Assembly (NCBI GenBank): GCA_050613775.1
Contig: JBODTK010000141.1
Location: 124,001 to 188,000 of the forward strand
Direction: 5' to 3'
From: Neocallimastix sp. 'constans'
Taxonomy: Eukaryota
DNA length: 64,000 nucleotides
The position numbers were made by a program, and so were the translations under genes. Below the pieces are notes generated by a model, which was not told where the DNA came from, did not search any database, and worked only from the letters and a program-made list of their open reading frames with translations. This document shows, piece after piece, positions 1 to 13,695 of this stretch. The first letter of the stretch is position 1. Each line of letters starts with the position of its first letter.

Positions 1-1588
1 TGAGTTTCCTGACATTTTAATAACAAAGTATTTATACTTGATCCATGATCTATTACACTAAATACTAATTCCCATTTATGGCATTCTCTATAATATGGAG
101 GTAATATTTTTCTTAACTATTTTGAATATGATAAATATATAATTTTAATACACATTTATATATATAATGATGACATGGATGAATATTTAATTATATTTTA
201 TTATTAAATAATATTATAATTTATAAAAAGTTTACTTTTTCAGCTAAGAACAAACTGATAACATTGTTTTCAAAAGATTTTCTTCCAATTAACTCAATAT
301 TAGGTTGAGTGAGAACAGCAGTTATATCATGACCAGTTTCTAAAATAACACTTTTTCTTCTATTTCTACTGTTTTTTCTATCTTTAGCTTTACTATTTAA
401 AAATTTGTCAATATCAATTTCTTGAATAATATCTTCTTCTAGAATTGGAGTGTTTATTCCTATATTTAAAATATCATTAATGTCACAACTTGTTTCATGT
501 GAAATTGGAGAATGTATATAATTTTCACCTTCATTATTATTTTCATTATTATATAATAATGATGATGAGGATTCTTTTTCATTTGAAATTGATTTTAAAT
601 GTGCATATAGACCATCAATGTTGCTAGTAGAAAAATTATCATTTACAGAATTATTACTTGTACCATTTTCTGTAATCGAAACCTGCGTTGACGAGAAACA
701 TGAATTATTTCTACTTCTAGTTTTAAATAAAAATTGGAATAGACTACTTCTTCGACGTTGAAGTACTGGTTCATTTGAATCATTTGACAATGAAGATTCT
801 GATTTTTGTTTAATTTTATTATATCCTTCCAAATTACATAAGTCATCTCTTAAATTATTTTGACTAGTATTTGTACTACTATTATTATTATCATGAATCT
901 TTCTCAATATATCTTCACTAGAGGTTTTCTCTTCACATGTTATCTCTCCTGTTGTACAAATCCCATTAGTATTTGCTAATGGTACTGGATTGAATGATAT
1001 TCCTTCATTTACATCATAATTTTTATTTGATATAGATTCATTATTTTTATTAACCGAACTTAATGATTTACTTTTTGTTTCTATACTGTTATTTTCCAAA
1101 CTATTACTTTCCAAATTATCACTTCTGTTATTACAAATCTCAAGTTTTGAAGTAAACGATATATAACAATTTCTCATTTCATTTATTATTGATTCATGTT
1201 CAATTATTGATAAATCTTCGTATGAATCTTTTATTACACTTAATGCTTTATCTATTTTCTTTGGAAGTTGTTCATTAAATGCTAATGTTTCTCTTGGATT
1301 ACTACTTGATATTGAAAAGTTTCTTTTTTTCAACTCAAAATTAAAAAAAATACTATCATCATCATCGTCATCATTATATTTTTTTATATAATTATTTTTA
1401 TATTCATTTTCTTTGATTTTAAAAATATTTAAAATTTCATCATCTTTGTAATTATGATGGCCTAGAATTTTATTAGGTGCTGTTCTCGGTATTGAACTTA
1501 AACCTGATGATAATGAATGACTCCTTGATAGTTTTCTATTTCTATTGTAATAATTAACTTCATCACTTATTACTTCATTATTATCCAT
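1..1588 (-). CDS. OXR1: TLDc-domain (OXR1-like) oxidation resistance protein, 3' end runs off the window; exons 1588-236 and 116-<1
   Basis: Long low-complexity exon ends ...SLFLAEK|gtaaac. After a GT-AG intron (235-117) the next exon reads LRKILPPYYRECHKWELVFSVIDHGSSINTLL, matching the start of the TLDc domain (W.L.(Y/F)S...HG.S..TL). Confidence 0.75.
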
Positions 1589-3115
1589 TTTATATATTTA
1601 TTAACATTTATTTTTATCTTTAACAAAATAAATAAATAAATAAATAAATAATTTTAAAAAAAAAAAATTAAAAAAAAATTATAAAAAAATATTTAGGTAC
1701 ATGGAATTAAATATTTAAAATTTTTTATTTTTCTATAAATTAATTATATGAATTTAAGATTCACAAATGAACAAAGAATTTATTTTTACCTATAAAATTT
1801 TCCATGATACATTTATATAATATATTGACTTCTTATCTTCTAATTGTAATTTAATAAATATAAAAACTCTAATTTGAACATTATTATTATCATTTTTATA
1901 TAGTTAAATTTCTTTTATTTTTAAAAATAGTAATTATTCATATTAATTTAAATTTAACTGATATTATTCAAATTTTAAAAAAAATATATATATATTACTA
2001 ATAAATTCAAAATGAAAAATACAATAAACTTTTCAGTTTGTTTCCAATAAACATAAAATATAGTTAAATTGTATATGATAATATATGATAAGTTAAAACT
2101 AAAAATTTTATTAATTTTAATTGTTGTTTTATGATTTAAAACATATGACTATATCAATTTTATATTTTATTATTATTTTTTTTATTATTAATTATTATTA
2201 ATAATATTATTATTATAACTTTATTATTATTATTATTACTTTTGTTATATATAGTATATATACATTGTTTTATATTTTATAAAATATATAAAATAATACA
2301 TAATCATGGAAATTTAAGGATTTGTGCATGTGAAAGTTATTGTGGTATTCAGTATATACTAATATAAACTTACATTCTATTTTTAGTTAAAAAAGCAATA
2401 ATTAATTATAAAAAGAAGGTTATTTTTTACAATAATTATGTAAATACTTTTTTTTTTTTTCCAATTTCATATATCTCAATTTTGACCAAAAATAGAAATA
2501 ATTTTAATTAAATTTCATATTAATAATATAATTAATAATTAATAAGATAAATCAAATATAAATTTATTGATTATTAGACTAATTATATATATATATTTGA
2601 TAGAATAACTGATAAAAAAAATTATATGAAGTAATTAACCAAAAATTTAGTGTATAAATTAAGAATTTCTGAAAAATTATTTATAAAAAAAGGGTTAATT
2701 AAATAGATATAGATTCATTATAAAAATATTTTTTTTTAATTTTAACAATTATTGTCTTAATTGACTGAGTAAATAATATCCATTTATTAATAGTTTATTT
2801 ATATTCATCTTTATGGATTATATATAATTTAATATAATGCTTTTTTCTAATTCCATCCATTTAATATTTCTTAAATTAAAAACGTTCATTATTATTTATA
2901 ATTTAATTTTATTTTATAATCATGTATAAATATTGGAATTCTTCAATAAAACATCATTTTAAAATTTTTATTAAGATTTTTTTTTACTTTAAAATATATA
3001 TATTTATATTTTTATTTATTTAATAAAATTAAAAATATAAAATAAAAGTAAAATTTCTGTATACTCATATTTAATATATTTTCATATTTTTTTAAAAAAA
3101 AAAAGATTCATATAT

Positions 3116-3151
<36 letters not shown>

Positions 3152-3460
3152 ATACTAATAGTATTATATAGTTAAAAATTTCTGGTTATACCAAGAAAAA
3201 AAAAAAAAATTTTTTTTTAAATTTTAAAATATATTTTATATATTTTATATTTATAAATAATTTAAATTCCTATTATTATTACTATTATTATTATTATTAA
3301 TTTAAATTATATGTCTTTTTTTTTATATATATACATTTGTATTTATGTTTTTTTTTTGGTTCAATAGATATTACAAATAAATTATATATATAAAATAATA
3401 TATTAAAGTTTTATATTGAAACTTTATTAAATAATAAATAAATTAAATTAATAAATTAGC

Positions 3461-3496
<36 letters not shown>

Positions 3497-3585
3497 GAAA
3501 ATTTGATTTTAAAAATCTTTAATTAAATAGATTTATAATAGTATCTTAAATGATATTATTAATAATTTTAAAGAGTTACCAAAAA

Positions 3586-3758
3586 TTTCTCAATAATTAT
3601 ATACATATAAGCTTTTTTTTTTTTAAATAAATAAAAAAAATTTATAGAGATATCTTCATATATTTTTAAACTTTCTCAATAATTATATACATATAAGCTT
3701 TTTTTTTTTAAATAAATAAAAAAAATTTATAGAGATATCTTCATATATTTTTAAACTT
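3586..3758. repeat. Tandem duplication, ~87 bp unit x2
   Basis: tttctcaataattatatacatataagc...gagatatcttcatatatttttaaactt occurs twice back to back. Confidence 0.85.
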
Positions 3759-5036
3759 TAAGTTTATAAAAATCAATATCTCCATTCATATTATGAAAAT
3801 TTAATTTTAAAATTTTTCTAATAAATATTATTAATAAATTTAACAAATATATATGATAGATAAAAAAAAGTAATGAAATAATATAGGTAAAAATTATATT
3901 TACAATAAATATTTTAATGCTTATTATATCAACTAACAAATATTAATTTTATAATTTTAATTTTATTTTATAAAATTTTAATATGCATTATAAAATTAAA
4001 CCTTAAATTAATTAAAAAAATAATTATGACTAAATATTTGTTCATTTTTAAATATGTATTTTTAAAAATAAAAATATATATATATTGATTGAATATTTGT
4101 TCATTTTTATATAAATATTTTTAAGAATAAAAAAAAAGTATTTTGAAGTTATTTAAAAAAAAATTATATAGTTTTAAAAATTTAGTACTTCTTTATAATT
4201 TTAATATTTAAATGGTAATTATAATACTTTTTTGTAATTATTAATTCAATATATATTATGAAGACATTCAACAAATATTAATAAATCATAAATATATATA
4301 TTAAAAAATCAAATGTACTAATAGAATATTTATTATTAAATGATATTCCCATATTAAATAATTAAAAATTATAAAACATATATATAAAAATATACAATCT
4401 TTTTAAAATTTTAATAATTTTTTTTTTTTTTTTGACTTTCAATAATACTAATGTAACATTTTATTTTTAATGTTATCTTTAATTACTATTATGTGTAATT
4501 ATTACAATTATTAGGGAACATTATAGTAATAAAAATAATATATTGATAATAATAATAGCTTTATTTTAAATAAATCTTTGTAATAATTTTTATTAACAAC
4601 ATGATAAATATTATAAAAATCAATATAAAAACATTCGTCATTTTAATTACATAAGCCATTAATTGTTATCCATGTTATATATATAAATTATAAAATTAAA
4701 ATTAAAAAAAAATTGTTACTTAGATATTCACATATGTATCAAAAATCTTTTATATAATATATATTTTAAATAATATTATACTTTTTTTTTATACTTTTTT
4801 TTTACATGTTAATATATTCGTTGGTATATAAAAATTTAAAACATAAATATAAAACAAAAAAATTTAAAAAATAGAGAAAAAAAAAATAAAATGATAAAAA
4901 GCTCTTTAAAATTTTCAATATATTTAAATATAATCCAGCCATAAAACTATAAAATTATTATTGTAAGTTTTTATGATATAAAAGATTTAAGAATTATTAT
5001 AATGAAAAGAAAAACATTATAATCAATGGAAATATT

Positions 5037-5321
5037 TTGTGAAATTTGATAATTGTATATAATTGTACTTTTTATTAAAATTATTATTTTAATTTTTTTC
5101 CTTTTTTTTTTTTTTTTTTTTTTTAGAATTATAAAACTAAATTTAATATAAAAGGAATAAATATGTAATATTGGTAATTGTGAAATTTGATAATTGTATA
5201 TAATTGTACTTTTTATTAAAATTATTGTTTTAATTTTTTTCCTTTTTTTTTTTTTTTTTTTTTTTTAGAATTATAAAACTAAATTTAATATCAAAGGAAT
5301 AAATATGTAATATTGGTAATT
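5037..5321. repeat. Tandem duplication, ~142 bp unit x2
   Basis: ttgtgaaatttgataattgtatataattgtac...aaggaataaatatgtaatattggtaatt repeated with few changes. Confidence 0.85.
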
Positions 5322-5377
5322 TTAAGATTAATAATTATTAAATATATTTATATATATTAATTATATATACAAAATAT

Positions 5378-5416
<39 letters not shown>

Positions 5417-5536
5417 TTTTTGATTATTATTTTTTGACTTCTTATTTTTTATTTTAAAATTTTATTATTTAATCATTTTACTTAGTTTTAGCTATTTATT
5501 ATGTATTAATAATTATTAAAAAAGAATTTTTTTTTC

Positions 5537-8500
5537 TTATATGATTGTAGGAATATCACAAGTATTTATTCTATTATTTGGTGATTTTAACATAGAGAAA
5601 TCATTGTTATTTTGAAAAGGTGTAGAAGATGAAATGTTTGGATTGACTTTTGAAAATTTTCTTTTAATAATTTCTATATCTTTTATGAAGTTTTGTTTTG
5701 TTTGTTTCAACATATCTTGATATACCTTAATTTCTTCAGTTTTTTCTTTAATATTTGCATCAATAATTGCTATATAAATTATTAATAATAATAAAAAAGA
5801 AAAATATGGAGAAAAAAAAGAAAAAAATTAATATATTATTAAATATTTTAGCCTGTTTGTTTATTAATTTAACACTTATTATATATATTATATATAATAA
5901 AGTATAAAAAAAAACTTACACTTCAATGCATTATTTTCATCCTTTGCAATAATTAATTTTTCTTTAATTTTTTCAATCTAATGAATTAATTATTGGAATA
6001 AAAAATATTAATTATTAATTATTATTATTTATATATTTATAATATATAATTTTATATTTTATTTAAAAAAATAAATAAATATATATATTTTTTAATTTAT
6101 CTTACATTATCACTATTATTTAGAATAAAGGTTCTATCTTTTTCCGATTTTGTAGTTACTATAGAATTGGATAATTTTTCTTCTAATTCTTTTATATGAT
6201 TATCAGCCATTTTCTTTAATTCATTTAATTTCATATTTTCTATGTAGATAGCTTTAAATTGAGAGTAAATCATATGGCAATTAGGATTATCACAAAGTTT
6301 ATCCTTTTGTATTAACAAACTATCCTCATTATCATAAGAAGATGAGGATATTATCGATTTTAATTGATTTGAAAGAGAATTTATTTTATCTTCTTGGAAT
6401 TTAATTTTTGATTTCTTTTATTATTGTTTTCGTTATTATTTTTTGTTTTATTTGTATTTTTTTTAAATAAAATATAATAACATTAATTTAAAAAAAAAAT
6501 TATTTTTAACAAATATTCATATTGATAATTGCTAATTATAATATTACAAAATTAAAAAATAATATATTGATATATATATATAATATTAAAATTAATATAT
6601 ATATATGTATATATATTAAGTTTACCTGTTCATTACATAAATCTCTTAAAGATTCTAATGATTTATTATTTTTTATAACATTTCTTTCATTCATTTTTTC
6701 ATGAGGAATCTTTATAAATCATTATTTCCATAATAATAATATTAAAAAAAAGCAATAATAATAATAATAAATGAATAAATAATAAATTAAATATTTATAT
6801 TAAAAAAATATATAATTTATACGCTAATTAATTTTAATTTATGGAATGATATATATATTTATACCTTTGCTTCTGAAAGTTGTTTTTTTAATGCCTTTAT
6901 TAATTTATCATCAGTTTCTGTTTTTGATATTAAAACCTCTATTTTTGATTTATAATCTTTTATTGATTTTTCAAGATTTCTATATATATACAATAAATAT
7001 ATTAATATATATAAACATTAGTATATATATAATATATAATAATATATAATATTTAATATGTATATAAATTTAATTTTTTTTATAGTATTATTATTAATGA
7101 ATATGAAAATTACTTATTTCTTGCTTGAATAGCATCACATTTTAATTTTTGATTATGTTTTTCATTTTTTAAATCCTATTTCAATTTTAAAAAAAATATA
7201 TATATATATATTAATATTTATATTATTTTCTTTTAAAAAAAATTACTTGAAATATTATTGTGAATAACAAAACTTTTTATAATACTTCAATATTTTTTAA
7301 CGCTTTTTCTAATGTAATTTTTCTATCTATTTCTTTTTTCTTTATATCAAAGCGATGACGACTATCTAATTTTAATTCTTTAGCATTGACACCCTTAGTA
7401 TCATTGATAGATACATAATTACTTAATTGTCTTGTCAATTGATTAACTTTATCCTAATATATATATATACAAAATTAAAAAGTAAAAAACTACATTTAAA
7501 ATTAAAAAAAATAAATATAATATAAAATACAGTATATAAAATACTTTTAACATTGCGATCTGTTGAGATCTTCCTACATATCCTCCATTTGAATCTAAAA
7601 TCTATAATTATAAAGTTTATAAAAAAAATGATAATAATAATAATAATAAAAATAATAAATTATAAAATTTATTATTATTAATTATTAAAAAAAATTTATA
7701 TAAAAATAAGTAATTTTATTTAATTATATTTATAAAAAAAACCTTTGATATTGGAATATCTTCTCCAACTTCCTGAATAAGAGCTCTCTGTGCATTTCTT
7801 ATTTCAAATGTTAACTTTTGATTATTGATTCTTTCTTGCTCAAGTTTAAGAGTCATCTTTATTCATTATTGTTATTATTATTTGTATAAATTTAATATAA
7901 GCATAGATATTAACATATATCATAAACAATAATAATAATAATAATAATAATAATAATTGAAATAATTTAATATATTTTATTTATTAGAAAAATTTCATAA
8001 TACAATTAAATTATAAAAATGAAATAAAATGAAATGAAAAAAAAAAATAAAAAAAAAAAAATAAAAAAAAAAATAAAATAAAAAATAAAATAAAATTAAA
8101 TAAAATTTTATAACTTACTTGATTCAATCTTTCTTTCAAATTTTTTTTATCATGTTTTAATCCACTTAAATCACTATTTGAATTCTGTTTTTTAAATTCG
8201 TTTTTTATCTTTCTTTCTTCAACTTCCATTTGCTAGTAGAATATAAATAATAATTCCAAAAAAAAAATATAAATACCATATTATTATATATATATACATA
8301 TGTGTGTGTATATGAACTTTTTATATATTATTTTTAATTTAAAATATTTGTTCTACCTTTAGTTTATTATTTAATGATGCATTTAAACCTCTTTCTTTTT
8401 CTAATGCGATAGTTAAATTTCTTGCCTAATTTAGATATAATTTATTAAAAAAATAACATTATTTTTATAAAATCAAATTTAGTAATTATTATACATATAT

Positions 8501-9938
8501 TTTTATAAAAAATTATAATAAATATTTAAAAAAAAAAAAAATAAAATAAAATAAAAAAAAAAAAAAAAAAAAAAGCGTTACAAAATTATTGTTTAATATT
8601 TCATTTAATTATATAATTAGCAACTATATATATTAAAATATAAATTTAAATATACCTTTTTTGCTAACTGTAAAATTTTATCTTTTTCTGAACCATTCCA
8701 ATCTGAAGAAATAATATCCGAAATTGACTTTTCAATAGATTTGGATGAAATATTATCTATTTTAGATAAAAATATAACGTTAATATGATTAATTAAATAT
8801 ATATATAGAATAAAATTACATAAAAATCGATATACAATAACATATTTAAAATATAGTTATTTATACATAATATGCATTTAATAAGAATAAAATTAATATA
8901 TATAAAATGTTATACATTATAAATATATATGTTAAATAAAAACCAAAAATAATTATAATAATAATTATAATGTACTAATAACAAAAATAAAAATAAAAAA
9001 GATAATAAAAAAGAAATAAAAATTATTAATAATAAATTTACCTGATAATTTTTGTTTCAATTTTTTTATTTCATCATTTTTTTTATGTAGTTCATCATTT
9101 AATTTTTTAACAGTTTCTTCCAAGTTTTGAATTTTTTTAAATTGTTCAATATTAAAAATACTTATATTTGTGTTTGAATTTGATTTTGTTTTAGAACTTG
9201 AATTTGAATTTGAATTTGATGTAGATTTGGAAAGATTTGAATTTGAATTTGATGTAGATTTGGAAAGATTTGAATTTGAATTTGATGTAGATTTGGAAAG
9301 ATTTGAATTTGAATTTGATGTAGATTTGGAAAGATTTGAATTTGAAATAGAATTAAAAAGTTTTGTTAAAGGTAATGGAGATATACTATTATTTATATGA
9401 GTTAAAGTAGATTTATCAGTACTATTAGAGGATGACTTATTTAATGTTATATCCTTTGTACTTTGATTATTAGAAAATTTTATATTCATATTGGATATAG
9501 AATGTTTATTTCCAGACTGATTCATACTAATTACCGGTGAAGATGATATAGGAGAAAGCGTAGCTATATTTTTTAAATTTTTTTTTCTATTATAACGTGA
9601 TGAATCCACTTTTAATATTAAACAAATAATTATTTTTTATTTTTTTATTAATTTATTTATACATAAAATTTAATATGTAATAATATAAATTGAAATCAAA
9701 ATTAATATAATTTATAATTTCTTCAATAATAACATTAACAAGTATTTTTTTTTCTCTTATCGTTATTATTATTAAAATAAAAATAAAATAAAATAAAATA
9801 AAATAAGAAAAATTACCTTTTTTCCTAATAAAATCATTTTAATAATAATAATAGTAATAATAATAATAATAATAATATTATAATTAATCATAAATATTTC
9901 ATAAAGTACTATATTATAAATTAATATAGAAGAATTGT

Positions 9939-9986
<48 letters not shown>

Positions 9987-10541
9987 GGTAAATTGTCTAT
10001 ATTTAAACTATTCTTATCACTAATAGATTGCATTTCTTTAATTGGTGAATCAATTGAAGAATTCTAATTACAATTTCGTTATTGGTATATATTATGTTAT
10101 ATAATATTTTATTATACAGTAATAATATATATCATAATAACAATTATATATTTATATATATGAATATAAAGAAAATATAGAAAAAAAATATCATTTGATA
10201 ACCAAAGTTAATTTTTATTAATAATATTAAATTATTATTATTATTATTCTTTTACCTTGGTAGTTTTCCCAAATAAGGATTCTTCTATTTCATTATCCAT
10301 CTAATTATTAATATTAACATAAATATTTTAAATTATTAGTATTAAACATCAATGGATTTATTAATTATTCAAAAGTAAGAATACAAACATCTAAACCCAT
10401 ATCTTGATAATTATTAATATTATACATTTTATTCATATCATTTAATTCATCATCCGTTTCATAACTGCTTTGAGAAGAAAAGGATAATCTTCTCATATGA
10501 TTATTTTCTTTACTAGTGTTATCACTGTCTAGTGACATCAT
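5537..10541 (-). CDS. CCDC13: Coiled-coil domain-containing protein 13 homolog (centriolar satellite/cilia), many exons
   Basis: Spliced exons give DKILQLAKKARNL..., AQRALIQEVGEDIPISKILDSNGGYVGRSQQIAMLK and C-terminal ENNALK..IIDANIKEKTEEIKVYQDMLKQTKQNF. These resemble recalled CCDC13 motifs (KIVELSKKNR; AQKVLAREVGED...WRGRAQQI; KEEDFRMYHEIL). The 5' exons 10541-10389, 10300-10256, 10063-9984, 9824-9817, 9608-9042 join in frame. Stop TAA at 5539-5537. Middle exon boundaries were not all resolved. Confidence 0.75.
9186..9345 (-). repeat. 33-bp coding tandem repeat (SNSNSNLSKST) x~4 inside the CCDC13-like exon
   Basis: tttgaatttgaatttgatgtagatttggaaaga repeated; visible in the 8965..9609 translation. 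Confidence 0.9.
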
Positions 10542-10924
10542 TGTCAAAACTTGTATTTTATTCTATAAAGTTTAATAAGTATTATTAAATATTTTTTTAA
10601 TGTAAATTATTAAATACTATTATTTAAAAAGATAAAAAAATTAAGAAGTATTTATATTTACTGATATTAAAGTTTCTCTTTTCAACAATTTCTATAATAT
10701 AAGTATATTTTTTAAGAATAATAATAAAATAAAATAAAACAAAATAAACTTTTTTAAAAAAAAAAATTTTTTTAAATAAATTTTCAAAAATAAATAATTT
10801 TAAATTTTAATTTAAACTTTTAAAGTTTCAAAAAAAAAAAAAATTATTTTTTATATCCACAAAAATTAAAGATTTTGAAATTCATTTTTCATTTTTTTTT
10901 TAAAAAAAAATGTTATAAATGATT

Positions 10925-11085
10925 TTATTATTATCATTATTATTATTATTATTATTACTACTACTACTACAACTACAACCACTATTAATATTATAATTAT
11001 TACTACTACTACTACATCCACTATTATTATTATTATTATTATTATTACTACCACCACTACCACTATTATTATTATAATTATTATT
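10925..11085. repeat. (TAT/TAC)n trinucleotide microsatellite
   Basis: Direct reading. Confidence 0.9.
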
Positions 11086-11104
11086 TCTATGACAATGAAT
11101 AAAC

Positions 11105-11896
11105 TTAATTTAATAATACTTATTATAAAAATATATAAAAAAATAATACATGAAATTTTTTTACGTTAATATTAAAAAATTACATCGGAGGACGAAATAA
11201 CTTTTAACTTTTCCCATTCATCGATTACTGTCAACAGTAGGTCTAATGGTATAGTATAAAAATTACTTTTCACAATAGGCATAACATTAGTAAGGAATTC
11301 CGTAAACCCAACAAAATACAAAATTGGAAAAGAAAACTCTCTCGAAGTTGGTTGAAAGAAGGAGACACAAGTAAAAATTAATATTACAAATTCCTCATTA
11401 TAACCTGGAATTTTCAAAGATTTCTCATTAATAATCAGAGAAAAATTAATGCAAATTTCATCAATAAATTGAATGAATTGTTGTCTAAATTCTTCAAATT
11501 TAGGATATAAAAATATCCAGTGTGTAAAACTAAGTATGTTATTACTTTCACCACAACAACGGTAACATTTGGGCAATTTTTTACATCATTTTTCTTTTTA
11601 CATAAGGCTTCACATCAAATTTAAATCCTCATTTAATTCTTCCAATCTAAATAAATCCAAGAAAATATTGAGAATATTTTAGTGATAGACGTTGGAAAAA
11701 AATTTTTTAAAATCAAATTTAAACTTCTTGTATTTAATTAATCTAATCTTATGAGTATTTCTAATATAAACATTTTTCCAGTAAAACATTTGTGTTATTT
11801 TTAGATGTTTATTATTGTTTTTGCATACTACATACTTTTTTCGTTCATTAATGATGTGAAAATGTTAGTATATTTTTGACTAAATTAGAAATATTA

Positions 11897-11899
<3 letters not shown>
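11105..11899 (-). mobile_element. Degenerate LINE 3' fragment (copy A; same family as 41054-42624)
   Basis: C-terminal zinc-finger remnant CYRCCGE...FTHWIFL and tail peptide IDEWEKL; colinear with 41100-41810; frameshifts and stops. Confidence 0.8.
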
Positions 11900-11941
<42 letters not shown>

Positions 11942-12980
11942 CTGCAATTATTTAGAACTTTAACTTTATTTATTTATTCATTTATTAATTACATAAATAT
12001 TTTTAAAAAAACACAAAATTAATAAAAAATAAATATTATTTGTCAATTTAAACATAATATTTTTTTTAAATAGTTATGTGAAATAAAAGCAATATTCAAA
12101 ATAAAATGTATAAATAAATACAGAAAAAAGTTGATAAACAACAAACCACATCTTCAGATTATAAGATTTCTGTTTAAAGGAAATTTGATTCCGAATTAGG
12201 CTTTGAACTGACAATATGAAAGAAATTATGGTCTTCTTTTTTAGAAGCATTAGCTTTGCTAGCTTGTCTTACTGCATTTTCAACGTTGACGCTTCTGATT
12301 AGTTTGCGTTTATAAGTCGGAATAGTAATTCTTGTTAATCACTAGCCCTAGGCATAGTTTCTGTAAGAGAACTGCAGATCGCATAAAGAATTGCATTTTA
12401 AAATAATAACCAGAAATGATTTGGTTATTAAACAAAATATATCATTCCTTTTTATAATTTCAATCAATAATTCAATAATATCTATATCTCTTCCACCAAT
12501 GCTAAATTTAGGATACTTAAAGTTTAGCTATGGGTAGTCTCTAGTCTTCTCAAATTCATTTTTCTTATATGCCTTAGCCTTGATTGATTTTCCTGCCATA
12601 TCTCTACTCCAATAAAAGTTGACAATTACTTTTTTGGATTGAAATTTATCTAATTTGTGTGCTAAAATTTTACTTTCTTTATCCCATGTATGACGTCCAC
12701 AATGCGATATACCTCTAAGTAAATCGGAGATAATTCATTTCGAGCTTTTCCATTTTTTATAATAACTTACCTGAGCAATCACACATTTCGTCGAATGAGG
12801 AGGGATGTTAAGTTCTTTAGAAACACAATAAAGGGAAGTAAAGCTATTTCTATTAGAAAATAGAAAATTATTCAATTTAGTATTATCCTGAATTAACTAG
12901 TGTCTGTGTACTTCTCGTTCTTTCTTCATTCGATTCAAGTAAATGTGCAAAATACGAAACCTGCCCAATTACTATAGCAG
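11900..12980 (-). mobile_element. Degenerate 5'-truncated LINE (copy B) with poly(A) tail
   Basis: Poly-T 11900-11939. Minus-strand remnants IRSVNVENAVRQASKANAS, SLYCVSKELNIPPH and VIGQVSYFAHLLESN are homologous to the 16639 ORF C-terminus. Confidence 0.8.
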
Positions 12981-13071
12981 AATCTCAACCAGTTTTATGA
13001 GGTAAGGCGAGTGATCAGAGGTCTTAGGATTGAAACAGTCTTAACCTATTCTCAAACTTTAAATATGTAAG
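12974..13071 (+). pseudogene. ~98 bp fragment of large-subunit (25S/28S) rRNA
   Basis: ATAGCAG...CAGTTTTATGAGGTAAGGCGAGTGATCAGAGG...TTAACCTATTCTCAAACTTTAAATATGTAAG matches the conserved fungal LSU segment recalled as ...CAGTTTTATGAGGTAAAGCGAATGATTAGAGG...ACCTATTCTCAAACTTTAAATATGTAAG. Confidence 0.9.
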
Positions 13072-13078
13072 TAATAGA

Positions 13079-13695
13079 TTTTTTTTTTTTTTTTTTAGAC
13101 TTAGAGAAAACTTTATTTAAAATAAAAATAAAATTACATGAATTTAATGAAAAAAAAAATAAAATACATGAAATAAAATATTATTTATTATAAAATTATA
13201 AAAGTACGTTAGAAGCAATAACCTCTAACTTTTCCCATTCATCAATGATAACACCACGTCCATTATTGAGAGTAATAATTTCAATATTAGAATTATCTAA
13301 CAAATCTGTATCAGATCTTTCACTGGGAGGTGAAAAATCATGCCTTATCATTGGGACGTCGACGCTCTCGGCAACGGTTGATTCAATAGAAATAACCGAA
13401 TACTATTTCATCATCAATCTAAAAAATTGACAAATTAATGATATTACGTTTGTTAGAAACTCCGCAATCCACACAAAATACGGAACAATCGACGAAGTTG
13501 AACTTTGTTTAAAAATATTGTCAACTAATGTTCCCCATCATTAACTTTAATTTTTTCATATATTGAACGCCCGCCAAGAAGAGCACTCAATATAAAGTAA
13601 TAAATATTATTATCATAATCCATTTCTGAACCTTAAGAAACATCCAAGGATTTTTGTTCAATTATCATTGCAAACTTCAAAAAGAGATCATCTAT
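13079..13695 (-). mobile_element. 5'-truncated LINE 3' fragment (copy C)
   Basis: Poly-T 13079-13096. Remnants IDDLFLKF, LLGGRS, VPYFVWIAEFLTN, ESVDVPMIRH and IDEWEKLEV. Confidence 0.8.

Noticed and set aside
12974..13071. Functional rRNA gene or an R1/R2-type rDNA insertion site
   Set aside because: Only ~98 bp with no flanking rDNA on either side.
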